From assembly GCA_964445305.1 (NCBI GenBank), contig CAYUKK010000213.1:1-57264 (forward strand): a DNA stretch of 57,264 nt. Reading direction: 5' to 3'. The translations under genes and the position numbers were made by a program. The stretch comes from an uncultured Eubacteriales bacterium. Its GTDB lineage: Bacteria > Acidobacteriota > Aminicenantia > Aminicenantales > UBA8522. Positions 10,565-19,485 of this stretch are shown here, piece after piece (the stretch's first letter is position 1; each line of letters opens with the position of its first letter). The notes below the pieces were generated by a model. It was not told where the DNA came from, did no database searches, and worked only from the letters and a program-made list of their open reading frames with translations.

Positions 10565-11232
10565 GGATCATTCTTTTCGGCCCGCCCGGGAGCGGCAAAG
10601 GGACCCAGGCCGAGCTGATAGAAAAGTCCTACGGCTTCCCCAAGATATCGACAGGCGATTTGCTCCGCCAAGCCGTTCGAGACCGAACGCCGCTCGGCCA
10701 AAAAGCTGCCCACCTGATGGGTCAGGGAAACCTGGTCAGCGATGAAATCGTCGAAGAGATAGTCCGAGAGAGAATCCAAAGCCCCGATTGTGAGCGGGGA
10801 TATGTGCTCGATGGCTTTCCGCGGACGCTTGAGCAGGCCAGAAGCCTGGAGCGAATGGACGGCTGCCGGCCTGAGGTTGTCATCGAACTTGCGATCGAGG
10901 AGGAAATCCTTGTCGACCGACTCTTGAGGCGACGTGTTTGCTCCCGTTGCGGAGCGATTTACAACCTCGCTCTCCAGCCCCCCCAAGAAGAAGGAAAGTG
11001 TGATCTCTGCGGGGGGAACCTCGTCCAGCGGCCGGATGATAACGCCGAGATCGTGCGCCAAAGGATGAAGGTTTACCGGGAGCAGACCGAGAAGGTGAGG
11101 GATTTCTATGTTCATAAGGCTGTCTACCGGAAGGTGGACGGCACCGGGAGTGTCGAGGATGTTTTCAGCCGGATTCGACTTGTCCTCGACGGAGAGCTGG
11201 CGAGGATAGGGCAGGCAAGGGCAGGGCAATGA
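10561..11232 (+). CDS. adk: Adenylate kinase with a Cys4 zinc LID
   Basis: 223 aa. The P-loop is GPPGSGKGTQ. The LID carries CSRCG...CDLCGG. Confidence 0.97.
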   Translation: MRIILFGPPGSGKGTQAELIEKSYGFPKISTGDLLRQAVRDRTPLGQKAAHLMGQGNLVSDEIVEEIVRERIQSPDCERGYVLDGFPRTLEQARSLERMDGCRPEVVIELAIEEEILVDRLLRRRVCSRCGAIYNLALQPPQEEGKCDLCGGNLVQRPDDNAEIVRQRMKVYREQTEKVRDFYVHKAVYRKVDGTGSVEDVFSRIRLVLDGELARIGQARAGQ

Positions 11233-12023
11233 TCATCTACAAGAGTGAAGGAGAGATCGAGCTAATGCGCCAGAGCAGCCAGATTGTGGCCCGGATCCTG
11301 ACTGAGCTCGAGGCTATGGTCAAGCCCGGCCTCAAGACGAAAGAGCTCGATAGTTTCGCGGAAACGAGAGCCCTCGAGCTTGGAGCTCGACCAGCCTTTA
11401 AAGGATACCGCGGCTATCCGGCTTCCCTTTGCACCTCAGTGAACGAGGAGATCATCCATGGCATTCCCTCGACGCGAGTGTTGCAGGAAGGAGACATTCT
11501 CAGCTTGGACTTCGGGGCTTTTTTTGAGGGTTTCTATGGAGATGCGGCCATCACCGTTCCTGTGGGCAGGGTCAGCCCTTTGGCGGTGAAACTCATGGCC
11601 ACGGCGGAGGAGGCTTTTTATCAAGGCATTGACCAAATGAGGATCGGGCGTCGACTTTCTGATATTTCCCATGCTATTCAGAGGTACGTCGAAGGCCAGG
11701 GGTTTTCGGTCATCCGGTCGTTCGTCGGGCATGGAATCGGATTTTCCTTGCATGAAGAGCCTCAGGTGCCCAACTTTGGGCCTCCCGGTCGGGGTCCGAG
11801 GCTCCGTCAGGGATTGACTCTGGCTATCGAGCCGATGATTGCGGCCGGTGACTGGCATGAGGAGGTCCTTGAGGACGGCTGGACAGCCGTGACGAAGGAC
11901 CGAAGTCTGGCTGCCCATTTTGAACACACCGTCGCTTTGACAGCCCGGGGAGTTGAAATTTTGACGCTTCGCGAAGGTGAAAAGGCTCGAGCCGTGACTC
12001 ATGAGGTGGATCGGTATGCCTAA
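11229..12023 (+). CDS. map: Type I methionine aminopeptidase
   Basis: 264 aa. The metal-ligand context includes VGHGIG and FEHTV. Confidence 0.96.
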   Translation: MIIYKSEGEIELMRQSSQIVARILTELEAMVKPGLKTKELDSFAETRALELGARPAFKGYRGYPASLCTSVNEEIIHGIPSTRVLQEGDILSLDFGAFFEGFYGDAAITVPVGRVSPLAVKLMATAEEAFYQGIDQMRIGRRLSDISHAIQRYVEGQGFSVIRSFVGHGIGFSLHEEPQVPNFGPPGRGPRLRQGLTLAIEPMIAAGDWHEEVLEDGWTAVTKDRSLAAHFEHTVALTARGVEILTLREGEKARAVTHEVDRYA

Positions 12024-12234
12024 GCAGGATGTTTTTGAAGCCGAAGGGGTGGTCATCGAGACCCTTCCCAATGCGATGTTCCGGGTCGAGCTGGCGAACA
12101 AACATCGGATCTTGGCCCATATCTCGGGCAAGATGCGCAAGCATTTTATCCGGATTCTTCCCGGGGATAGGGTGCTGGTCGAGCTTTCTCCCTATGACCT
12201 GACCAAGGGGCGCATTACTTACCGTTTTAAATAG
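12016..12234 (+). CDS. infA: Translation initiation factor IF-1
   Basis: [26 protein letters not shown]...ITYRFK, 72 aa from the ATG at 12016. The tracked ORF is extended upstream to 12001. Confidence 0.95.
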   Translation: MPKQDVFEAEGVVIETLPNAMFRVELANKHRILAHISGKMRKHFIRILPGDRVLVELSPYDLTKGRITYRFK

Positions 12235-12245
12235 AGGATGAACCG

Positions 12246-12359
12246 ATGAAAGTCAGAGCTTCGGTAAAGAAGATTTGCCGGAACTGCAAGATTGTCCGGC
12301 GCAAAGGAAACCTCCGGGTGATCTGCTCCAACCCGAGGCATAAACAAAGACAAGGCTAA
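12246..12359 (+). CDS. rpmJ: 50S ribosomal protein L36 (zinc-ribbon form)
   Basis: This gene is below the 60-aa cut-off of the ORF track and I read it directly from the sequence. It translates to [37 protein letters not shown] followed by TAA, with a CxxC-x12-C-x4-H motif. Confidence 0.95.
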   Translation: MKVRASVKKICRNCKIVRRKGNLRVICSNPRHKQRQG

Positions 12360-12369
12360 AGAGGAAACC

Positions 12370-12750
12370 ATGGCCAGAATCGCAGGTATAACTCTTCCCC
12401 CGGAAAAAAGAATCGAGATTGGGTTGACCTATATTTTTGGCATCGGCCGGTCGAAGTCCAATCAGATTCTCCAAGAAGCCAAAATCGATAAAAACAAGAA
12501 GGTCAAGAACCTCACCGAGGATGAGGTGAACAAGATCCGACAGATTATCGAGAAGAGGGAGAAAATCGAAGGGGACCTCCGCAAGGAAATAGCGATGAAC
12601 ATCAAGCGGTTGATCGATATCGGCTGCTACCGGGGCCAGCGACACAAGAGGAAGCTCCCCGTCCGCGGCCAGCGAACGAGGACGAACGCTCGAACGAGAA
12701 AAGGGCCGCGCGGTCACGCCATCAAAAAAATAAAGGCGCCGACAGGCTAA
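12370..12750 (+). CDS. rpsM: 30S ribosomal protein S13
   Basis: 126 aa. [26 protein letters not shown] is a typical S13 N-terminus. Confidence 0.97.
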   Translation: MARIAGITLPPEKRIEIGLTYIFGIGRSKSNQILQEAKIDKNKKVKNLTEDEVNKIRQIIEKREKIEGDLRKEIAMNIKRLIDIGCYRGQRHKRKLPVRGQRTRTNARTRKGPRGHAIKKIKAPTG

Positions 12751-12768
12751 TCAGGAAAGAGGGAGGCG

Positions 12769-13152
12769 ATGGCTAAAGCAAGAACAAAGAAAAAAGTCAG
12801 GAAGGATGTCGGGTTTGGAGTGGCGCACATTCAGGCGACTTTCAATAACACCATCATCACCATTACCGACCACGATGGCAACACCCTTTGTTGGGCCAGT
12901 TCGGGAACGGCCGGCTTTAAGGGCGCCCGCAAAGGGACCCCTTTCGCGGCGCAGTTGGCCGCCAAGGAAGCCTCGACGAAAGCTCGAGACCTTGGCGTTA
13001 AGTATGTGGATGTTCGGATCTCCGGTCCAGGCTCGGGACGAGAATCGGCCATCAGGGCTCTCCAGGCGGCGGGGCTGGAAATCAAATCCATCCGCGATGT
13101 CACGCCGATCCCCCATAACGGCTGCCGGGTGCCCCGCCGGAGGAGAGTCTAA
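12769..13152 (+). CDS. rpsK: 30S ribosomal protein S11
   Basis: 127 aa. [18 protein letters not shown]...[13 protein letters not shown] matches S11. Confidence 0.97.
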   Translation: MAKARTKKKVRKDVGFGVAHIQATFNNTIITITDHDGNTLCWASSGTAGFKGARKGTPFAAQLAAKEASTKARDLGVKYVDVRISGPGSGRESAIRALQAAGLEIKSIRDVTPIPHNGCRVPRRRRV

Positions 13153-13181
13153 AGAACGGATTCGCGCAAGGAGAGATGGAA

Positions 13182-13808
13182 ATGGCAAGATATGGACAGG
13201 CTGTTTGCCGGCTGTGTCGGGTAGAACGGACAAAACTCTTTCTTAAGGGAGACAAGTGTCTTTCGGAGAAATGCCCCGTCGAGCGACGTGCTTATGCCCC
13301 TGGACAGCACGGCCGGGCGCGGAAGAGGATCCTGGGCTATGGCATTCAGCTCCGGGAAAAGCAGAAGCTGAAGAGGTATTATGGCATGACGGAGCGTCAG
13401 TTCCGGCTGTTTTTCAAGCGGGCTGAGATGAAGAGGGGGATCACTGGCGAGAATTTGCTGACGATGCTCGAAAGACGGCTGGATAACGTCGTCTATCTCA
13501 TGGGCTTTGCCAGCTCAAGACGACATGGTCGCCAGCTTATCGGTCATGCCCATTTTTCCGTGAACGACCAGAAAGTGACTATCCCCTCCTATTTAGTGAA
13601 CGAGGGCGACGTCATTTCCTGGCGGCCCCGGTCAGCCCAGCGGTCGAGTCTGAAAGAGCTGGTCGAACGGAACAGGAACAAGACGATCCCGAACTGGATT
13701 GAGATGGATTGGGACAACCTCCGCGGCAAGATTGTTTCTCTGCCCAAGCGCGAGGATGTCACCATCCCGGTCGAAGAACACTATATCGTTGAGCTCTATT
13801 CCAAATAA
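13182..13808 (+). CDS. rpsD: 30S ribosomal protein S4
   Basis: MARYGQAVCRLCR... matches S4. AAGGAGAG lies 7-8 nt upstream of the ATG at 13182, and the tracked start at 13176 is two codons earlier. Confidence 0.95.
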   Translation: MARYGQAVCRLCRVERTKLFLKGDKCLSEKCPVERRAYAPGQHGRARKRILGYGIQLREKQKLKRYYGMTERQFRLFFKRAEMKRGITGENLLTMLERRLDNVVYLMGFASSRRHGRQLIGHAHFSVNDQKVTIPSYLVNEGDVISWRPRSAQRSSLKELVERNRNKTIPNWIEMDWDNLRGKIVSLPKREDVTIPVEEHYIVELYSK

Positions 13809-13844
13809 ACGCATCTGAGCCCTGAGCTCAGAGGAGGAGAAAGG

Positions 13845-14873
13845 ATGGAAGTGAAGTTTCAAAGACCAAAATTCCTGGAATGTGATTATGATAGCCTGAC
13901 AGATAAGTACGGACGCTTCTGGGCCCAGCCCTTTGAGCGCGGCTATGGTGTTACTGTCGGAAACGCCCTGCGCCGCGTTCTTCTGTCGTCAATTCCTGGC
14001 GCGGCTATCACCGCTGTCCGCATCCACGGCGTCCTCCACGAGTTTTCGACAATCCCCGGCGTCGTCGAGGACGTTACCGACATCCTCCTCAACCTGAAAA
14101 GTATCCCTTTGAAGCTGCGAGGAAACCAGACGAAAAAAATGACGCTGAAGGTGGAGGGACCGAAGGAAGCCAAAGCCTCCGATATCGCCCATGACCAGGA
14201 TATCGACATCCTCGATAAGGACATCCATATCGCTTCCCTGGACCGGGATGGCCGGCTGGACATGGAAATGGTCGTCAAGAATAATCGAGGCTACATCACC
14301 GCCGACCAGAACTCAGATGAAGACCTGAGTGTCGATTATATTCCCCTGGACTCTTCCCATTCGCCCATCAAGAGGGTGAATTATCGAGTCGAGCCGGCTC
14401 GAGTGGGCAAGCGCATCGATTACGAAAACCTCACCCTGGAAATCTGGACGACGGGTGCCATTTCTCCTCCAGAGGCGCTTTCCCAGGCCGCCAAGATCCT
14501 TCGCGACCACTTGGCTATTTTCTTGAATATCGTCGACGAACCGTCAGAAAGAGAGCCCCTCATCTCCAAAAAGGAGATTCCCTTCCTTTCCCAGCTCGAC
14601 GTCCTTCTCAAGCCCATCGAGCACTTGGAGCTTTCGGTTCGCTCTTCGAACTGCCTCAAGTCGGCTGGCATCGAGCGGATCTACGAGCTCGTCCAGAAGA
14701 CAGAAGAAGAGCTGCTCAAGACGAAGAACTTTGGCCGAAAATCTTTGGCTGAAATCAAGGATACTCTCTCCAACCTCAACCTCGGCCTGAACCTCGACCT
14801 CCACCCCAAGCTCTTGGAGAGGATTCGGAGCGAACTCCAAGAAGAAAAGAAGCGAAAGGAGCCGGGTGAATGA
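13845..14873 (+). CDS. rpoA: DNA-directed RNA polymerase alpha subunit
   Basis: 342 aa. It begins [23 protein letters not shown] and has an alpha-CTD containing [12 protein letters not shown]. Confidence 0.97.
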   Translation: MEVKFQRPKFLECDYDSLTDKYGRFWAQPFERGYGVTVGNALRRVLLSSIPGAAITAVRIHGVLHEFSTIPGVVEDVTDILLNLKSIPLKLRGNQTKKMTLKVEGPKEAKASDIAHDQDIDILDKDIHIASLDRDGRLDMEMVVKNNRGYITADQNSDEDLSVDYIPLDSSHSPIKRVNYRVEPARVGKRIDYENLTLEIWTTGAISPPEALSQAAKILRDHLAIFLNIVDEPSEREPLISKKEIPFLSQLDVLLKPIEHLELSVRSSNCLKSAGIERIYELVQKTEEELLKTKNFGRKSLAEIKDTLSNLNLGLNLDLHPKLLERIRSELQEEKKRKEPGE

Positions 14874-15280
14874 GGCACCGCGTCAAAGGAAGAAAACTAA
14901 GGCGACCGACCGCCCATCGGATGGCCATGTTGCGCAACCTGGTCACATCATTCTTGGAGAAAGAGAGGATCAAGACAACGCTGGCCAAAGCCAAGGAAGC
15001 GCGGCCGCTGGCGGAGAAGATGGTTACGCTGGCTAAAAAGGGAACCCTGACCGCCCGTCGCCAGGCTCTCGCTTTTGTGCGTAAGGAAGCCGTGGTGACC
15101 AAGCTTTTCGACGAGCTTGGACCCAGGTTTGCCGAAAGACCGGGAGGCTATTCTCGGATTGTCAAACTCGGCCTCCGGGCTGGCGATGGGGCTCAGATGG
15201 CCTTGCTCGAACTCGTCGGCTCAGAATACAAGAAAAAAGAAAAAAAGAAAAAGAAAGAAAAGGCAGCAAAGAAAGGTTGA
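14870..15280 (+). CDS. rplQ: 50S ribosomal protein L17 with a Lys-rich C-terminal tail
   Basis: 136 aa. [17 protein letters not shown] is the L17 N-terminus. The protein ends [18 protein letters not shown]. Confidence 0.96.
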   Translation: MRHRVKGRKLRRPTAHRMAMLRNLVTSFLEKERIKTTLAKAKEARPLAEKMVTLAKKGTLTARRQALAFVRKEAVVTKLFDELGPRFAERPGGYSRIVKLGLRAGDGAQMALLELVGSEYKKKEKKKKKEKAAKKG

Positions 15281-15293
15281 TCGAAGGGGGAGG

Positions 15294-16970
15294 TCAGTTT
15301 CGGGGGATGACGAGCAACCGCTGGCCAGGGTAAATCGTCGCCTCAGCGGAAAGTCCATTGAGCTGAAGAAACTCGTCTAAACCCATCGCGAACTTCCGGG
15401 CAATGCTGTAAAGGGTGTCACCAGGCTGGACAGTATAGGTAGTTCTTTCACCCGGAGGATAGTCGGGAGAGGAATTGGCTTGGCCAGAAGTCGCCGTGAA
15501 CCTGCGGCCAGGAATTCTTAGCCTCTGGCCAGGCCGGATGATATTCACGTTACGAAGGCCGTTAGCCCGGACAATGGCCGAAACCGTAGTTCGGTATCTC
15601 TTGGCGATCGTCGACAGCGTTTCTCCCGGCCGAACGGAGTGCCACTGGTACTCAGCTTCGGGTGGTATCCAGCGGGGGAGATTATTCACGGCAAGAAGGG
15701 CTTTTTCTTTGTAGCCGGGGGGGAGACGAAGCTCGTATTCATAGCCGGGCGTGGAGTCGAACCTGAGCTCAGGATTGAGGAAGGTGAGTTCAGCGACATC
15801 GATGCCGAGCGAATGGGCCAAGGCGGAGAGCTTGCAGGGATGGTTGATGGTGATGGTTTCAAACTGGAGAGGCGGATAGGGCTCGGGGAGGCTCATCCCG
15901 TATTTCTCCGGGTTCTTGATGATGAGCAGGGCAGCAATAAACCGGGGGACGAAACGAGCCGTCTCGTAGGGGAGCTGTCGGTAGAGGTCCCAGAAATTGT
16001 CCAGGTAGTCGATGCGCTGGGTTCGGATGACGTTCTGGACGCGAATTTCGCCGCAATTATAGGCGGCCAGCGCCGTCGTCCAGTCGCCGAAGAAGGAGTG
16101 AAGCTCGGCTAAGTACCTGACGGCGGCACGAGTCGACTTGAGCGGGTCCATCCTCTCGTCGACCCAGCGGTCCCGCTTGAGACCAAATCGGTAGCCGGTT
16201 GAGGAGATGAATTGCCAGAGCCCGAGGGCGCGGGCTTTGGAGAGAGCTTTGACCTTGAACCAGCTTTCGATAAGGGGGAGCCAGCAGAGCTCCTCCGGGA
16301 GCCCCTCCTTTCTCAATTCTTCGAGGATCATCTCTCGGTAGAACCCGGACCTCATGTAAGCTTCTTCGAAGAATTTCCTTTCCTTTGTTTGGAAACTCAA
16401 GATCTCGTCGTTCACATCTTTATTTTCAACCAAGGGAATCGTTTTATGATTGTCGCCGATGACGAGCAAGCGAGAGGCGTAAATTTGCTGGATTTTTTGG
16501 GCAATGAGCAGCCGGAGGTCGTTCTTGTCCTGAGTGAGAGGGGAATCCGGTGGCAATTGGGCCCTGGCGACGAGGGTATAAGCTTCATCGAGGGCTTGAA
16601 GGGCCGCCTCCCGTTCTCCTCGTTCCCATATTGCTACAGCTTCCTGGTAAACGGCTAAGGCCTCTTCGAGGAGAGAAGGACCTTCCTCCTTCTCCGGAGA
16701 AATTTCCTTATCTTCCTCTTGGAGCAGAGCTTCAGCCTTCATTTCCTTGGCCAGTTCTGGCTTAGCTTCAGGCGAAGCGGGAGACGGGGAAGGAGAGGAT
16801 TTCGCATCGGTCGATGGGGTGGCGACAGAGGAAGGGGTACCCTGGGCCGGCGGCGGAGAGGAGGGCAGAGGAGAGATTTTTGGCGGCTTCTTGGAAGAGC
16901 AGGACCAGAAGAGGAGGGCTATCCCTATGGCCAGAACATAGCCCGCCTTTTTTCCTATTTTCATCTCCAA
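15294..16970 (-). CDS. Membrane-bound lytic transglycosylase (SLT domain) with two C-terminal LysM domains, MltD-like
   Basis: 558 aa. It has an N-terminal hydrophobic segment ending in Cys, a P/S-rich linker, the SLT core ALGLWQFISSTGYRFGL, and two LysM repeats (VRPGETLSTIAKRY... and VQPGDTLYSIARKF...). Confidence 0.88.
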   Translation of the reverse strand: MEMKIGKKAGYVLAIGIALLFWSCSSKKPPKISPLPSSPPPAQGTPSSVATPSTDAKSSPSPSPASPEAKPELAKEMKAEALLQEEDKEISPEKEEGPSLLEEALAVYQEAVAIWERGEREAALQALDEAYTLVARAQLPPDSPLTQDKNDLRLLIAQKIQQIYASRLLVIGDNHKTIPLVENKDVNDEILSFQTKERKFFEEAYMRSGFYREMILEELRKEGLPEELCWLPLIESWFKVKALSKARALGLWQFISSTGYRFGLKRDRWVDERMDPLKSTRAAVRYLAELHSFFGDWTTALAAYNCGEIRVQNVIRTQRIDYLDNFWDLYRQLPYETARFVPRFIAALLIIKNPEKYGMSLPEPYPPLQFETITINHPCKLSALAHSLGIDVAELTFLNPELRFDSTPGYEYELRLPPGYKEKALLAVNNLPRWIPPEAEYQWHSVRPGETLSTIAKRYRTTVSAIVRANGLRNVNIIRPGQRLRIPGRRFTATSGQANSSPDYPPGERTTYTVQPGDTLYSIARKFAMGLDEFLQLNGLSAEATIYPGQRLLVIPRN

Positions 16971-17003
16971 GAAGCACTTTTATACCATTTTGGGGGGAAG
17001 AGG

Positions 17004-18008
17004 TCAACCTTTTTCCCTTCTTTCTTGTCTTTCTTGCTCAGCCTGTTTCCTGTGCCATTTCCAGGCGGTCTCGATGATGGTGGACAGGGAAGAATGCGGA
17101 GAGGTCCAACCAAGGACCTGTTCAGCTTTGTCCTTGGAAGCGAGGAGGATGGGCACATCCCCCTGCCGGCGGGGCCGCGGTTGGTAATCGACGCATTGAC
17201 CGGTCACTTTTTCCACGGCATGAATAACTTCGAGGACCGAATACCCCTGATTTGTGCCCAAATTGAAAATGTCGCTTCTTTCCGTGTCGATGAGCCGGCG
17301 GAGGGCCAGGACATGGGCTCTGGCCAAGTCAGTAACATGGATGTAGTCCCGGATAGCTGTGCCATCGGGCGTGGGGAAATCCTGCCCGTAGAGATAGAAA
17401 GCTTTTTTTCGGCCGAGAAGAAAAAGAAGGAGGTTAGGGATGAGATGAGTTTCGGGGTCGTGCATCTCGCCCAACTTTCCCTCCGGGTCCGCTCCAGCCG
17501 CGTTGAAATAGCGCAGGGAGATGTATCTCAGTCCGTAAGCATTTTCATAATCCCTGAGGATTCTTTCGATGAAAAATTTAGAGTGTCCATAGGGGTTAAC
17601 GGGGTTCAAGGGGTGTGATTCCGGAAGTGGAATCTCCAGGGGAATACCGTAGACAGCGGCGCTTGAGGAAAAGATGAGTTTTTTAACCCCCGCCTCCAGC
17701 ATAGCCTCGAGGAGGTTAAGGGTCGAAAGAAGGTTATGGCGGTAGTATTTATGCGGATCGACATAGGATTCGCCGACCTGGATGAGGGAAGCAAAATGAA
17801 GGACCGCACCGAGGGAGTGGCTGCGGAACACAGACTGGATGGATTCTTTGTCCAGAAGGTCCGCCAGGATGAATTCGCCGCCCATGAGAAGCTGTTTTTT
17901 TCCTGTGGAAAGGTTGTCGAGGACAACAACCGGGTAACCCTCAGCGAGGAGTTCTTTGACCGTATGGGAACCGATATAGCCTGCTCCGCCACAAACGAGG
18001 ACCTTCAT
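17004..18008 (-). CDS. galE: UDP-glucose 4-epimerase
   Basis: 334 aa. MKVLVCGGAGYIGSH is the Rossmann motif, and YGHSK provides the catalytic YxxxK. Confidence 0.92.
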   Translation of the reverse strand: MKVLVCGGAGYIGSHTVKELLAEGYPVVVLDNLSTGKKQLLMGGEFILADLLDKESIQSVFRSHSLGAVLHFASLIQVGESYVDPHKYYRHNLLSTLNLLEAMLEAGVKKLIFSSSAAVYGIPLEIPLPESHPLNPVNPYGHSKFFIERILRDYENAYGLRYISLRYFNAAGADPEGKLGEMHDPETHLIPNLLLFLLGRKKAFYLYGQDFPTPDGTAIRDYIHVTDLARAHVLALRRLIDTERSDIFNLGTNQGYSVLEVIHAVEKVTGQCVDYQPRPRRQGDVPILLASKDKAEQVLGWTSPHSSLSTIIETAWKWHRKQAEQERQERREKG

Positions 18009-19465
18009 TTTTTCTCCCGCTGGAGGAGGTGCCGGGCAGCTTTCAACCCCTCGGTCTTGGTTTCAAAAGCGCCATCCAGCTGAAGCTCGTAAAGGTGGCG
18101 GAGGATTTTCCCCATCTCCGGACCCGGCGCAACCCCCATGGGGATGAGGTCTCGACCCATGATGATGGGCTTGATACTTTCCCGACTGATGCGGAGGGCC
18201 TCGAATTTTTTGAGCAGCCACTGGGCCTGTCGGTCAAGCTTGCGGACGAGGCTTTCTTTCCGACCAGCGCGATCGGCTGCATCCAGATAGACCAAGAGTT
18301 CAATCTCTCCCCCTGTTTCGGCGGCGAGCCGGTTGAAAGCTTTCTTGGTCACAGCCGCCCGATTCTGCCACAGTTCCGAGAGGCGATGGTGGGTTCGGAT
18401 GAGGATGGGGACCATCTTGCGCAGGTTATATCCGTTCCAGGAAAAGATGCGAAAGCGGGCCAGCACCTTCTTGGCGATTTTCTCGCTGACAAAGTCATGG
18501 CCATTGTTGGTGATGACCATCCGGCCTTTCTTGTATTCCCATTGGGCCGTTGCCGGTTTGCCGACATCGTGGTAGAGAGAGGCCAGGAGGAGGCAGAGTT
18601 TTTTCTCGGCCGGCAGGCTGACGGTGTCGGCGATGCTTTTCGCTTGGTCAACGGTGAGAAGGGTATGGTGCCAGACGGTGTGATGGCCGAACCTGTCCTT
18701 CTCTGGATGAAAGACGGAATCCTGGATGGAGAGAGTCAATCTGGAGAGCTCCGGGAAGAGCTGACGCAGAGCTCCCAGCCGAAAGAGCTCTTCCAGCCCG
18801 ACCGAGGGCCTGGGAGAAAGGAGAAGAATCTTGAAAATCTCGTCGTTGATTCTCTCAACGCTCAGGTTCTGGAGGTTAATCTCTCGAGCAATTTCGTAGA
18901 TAGAGGGGTCAACCGAAAACCCCAGGACAGAGGCGAATCGAGCCGCCCGGAGCACCCGGAGCGGGTCCTCAGGGAATGCGCTGGGGTTGGTAAGACGAAG
19001 GCGTTTGGCCTTGATATCCTCGAAGCCACCAAAGGGGTCGATGAGAAGGCCATCCTTGAGGCGGATGGCCATGCTATTACACCGGAAATCACGCCTCTCC
19101 AGGTCCTTTTCCAGGGGTAAATTGGGGTCAGCCGAGATGAGGAAATCCTTATGACCTCGCCCTGGGGATGAGGCGGGACGGGGTGCATCTTTTCGGGGCA
19201 GAGCGATATCGTACGTCTTGTGGTTAATGGTGAACTTGATGATGCCAAAGCTCTTACCGACCAAATCGACTTTGCCCAAGGGGCTAACCCGGCGGATGAT
19301 CTCTTCGACATCGTAGTGCCGAACGAGGATATCCACTTCTTCGGAGGGAAAGCCCATGACCAAGTCGCGCACGTATCCACCGACAGCATAGACGTCTCCA
19401 CCGAAAAGGCGGACAAAGAGGGCTCGGTGATGGAATTGGGGGTAGAACTTCATCGTCTTTTTCAC
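18005..19465 (-). CDS. cca: CCA-adding enzyme / poly(A) polymerase-family tRNA nucleotidyltransferase with an HD domain
   Basis: 486 aa. The head domain is GGYVRDLVMG...DVDIL, followed by RRDFRCNSMA. The C-terminal HD motif is LLLASLYHDVGKP. There is a 4-nt overlap with galE. Confidence 0.85.
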   Translation of the reverse strand: MKKTMKFYPQFHHRALFVRLFGGDVYAVGGYVRDLVMGFPSEEVDILVRHYDVEEIIRRVSPLGKVDLVGKSFGIIKFTINHKTYDIALPRKDAPRPASSPGRGHKDFLISADPNLPLEKDLERRDFRCNSMAIRLKDGLLIDPFGGFEDIKAKRLRLTNPSAFPEDPLRVLRAARFASVLGFSVDPSIYEIAREINLQNLSVERINDEIFKILLLSPRPSVGLEELFRLGALRQLFPELSRLTLSIQDSVFHPEKDRFGHHTVWHHTLLTVDQAKSIADTVSLPAEKKLCLLLASLYHDVGKPATAQWEYKKGRMVITNNGHDFVSEKIAKKVLARFRIFSWNGYNLRKMVPILIRTHHRLSELWQNRAAVTKKAFNRLAAETGGEIELLVYLDAADRAGRKESLVRKLDRQAQWLLKKFEALRISRESIKPIIMGRDLIPMGVAPGPEMGKILRHLYELQLDGAFETKTEGLKAARHLLQREKK

Positions 19466-19485
19466 TTTTTTCTTATCTTACCATA

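Noticed and set aside
16719-17618. 299-aa plus-strand ORF spanning the mltD-like/galE junction
   Set aside because: It is antisense to two well-supported genes, and its G/R-rich N-terminus is typical of a shadow frame.
18029-19120. 363-aa plus-strand ORF
   Set aside because: It is antisense to the cca gene, which has clear nucleotidyltransferase and HD motifs. It is a shadow ORF.
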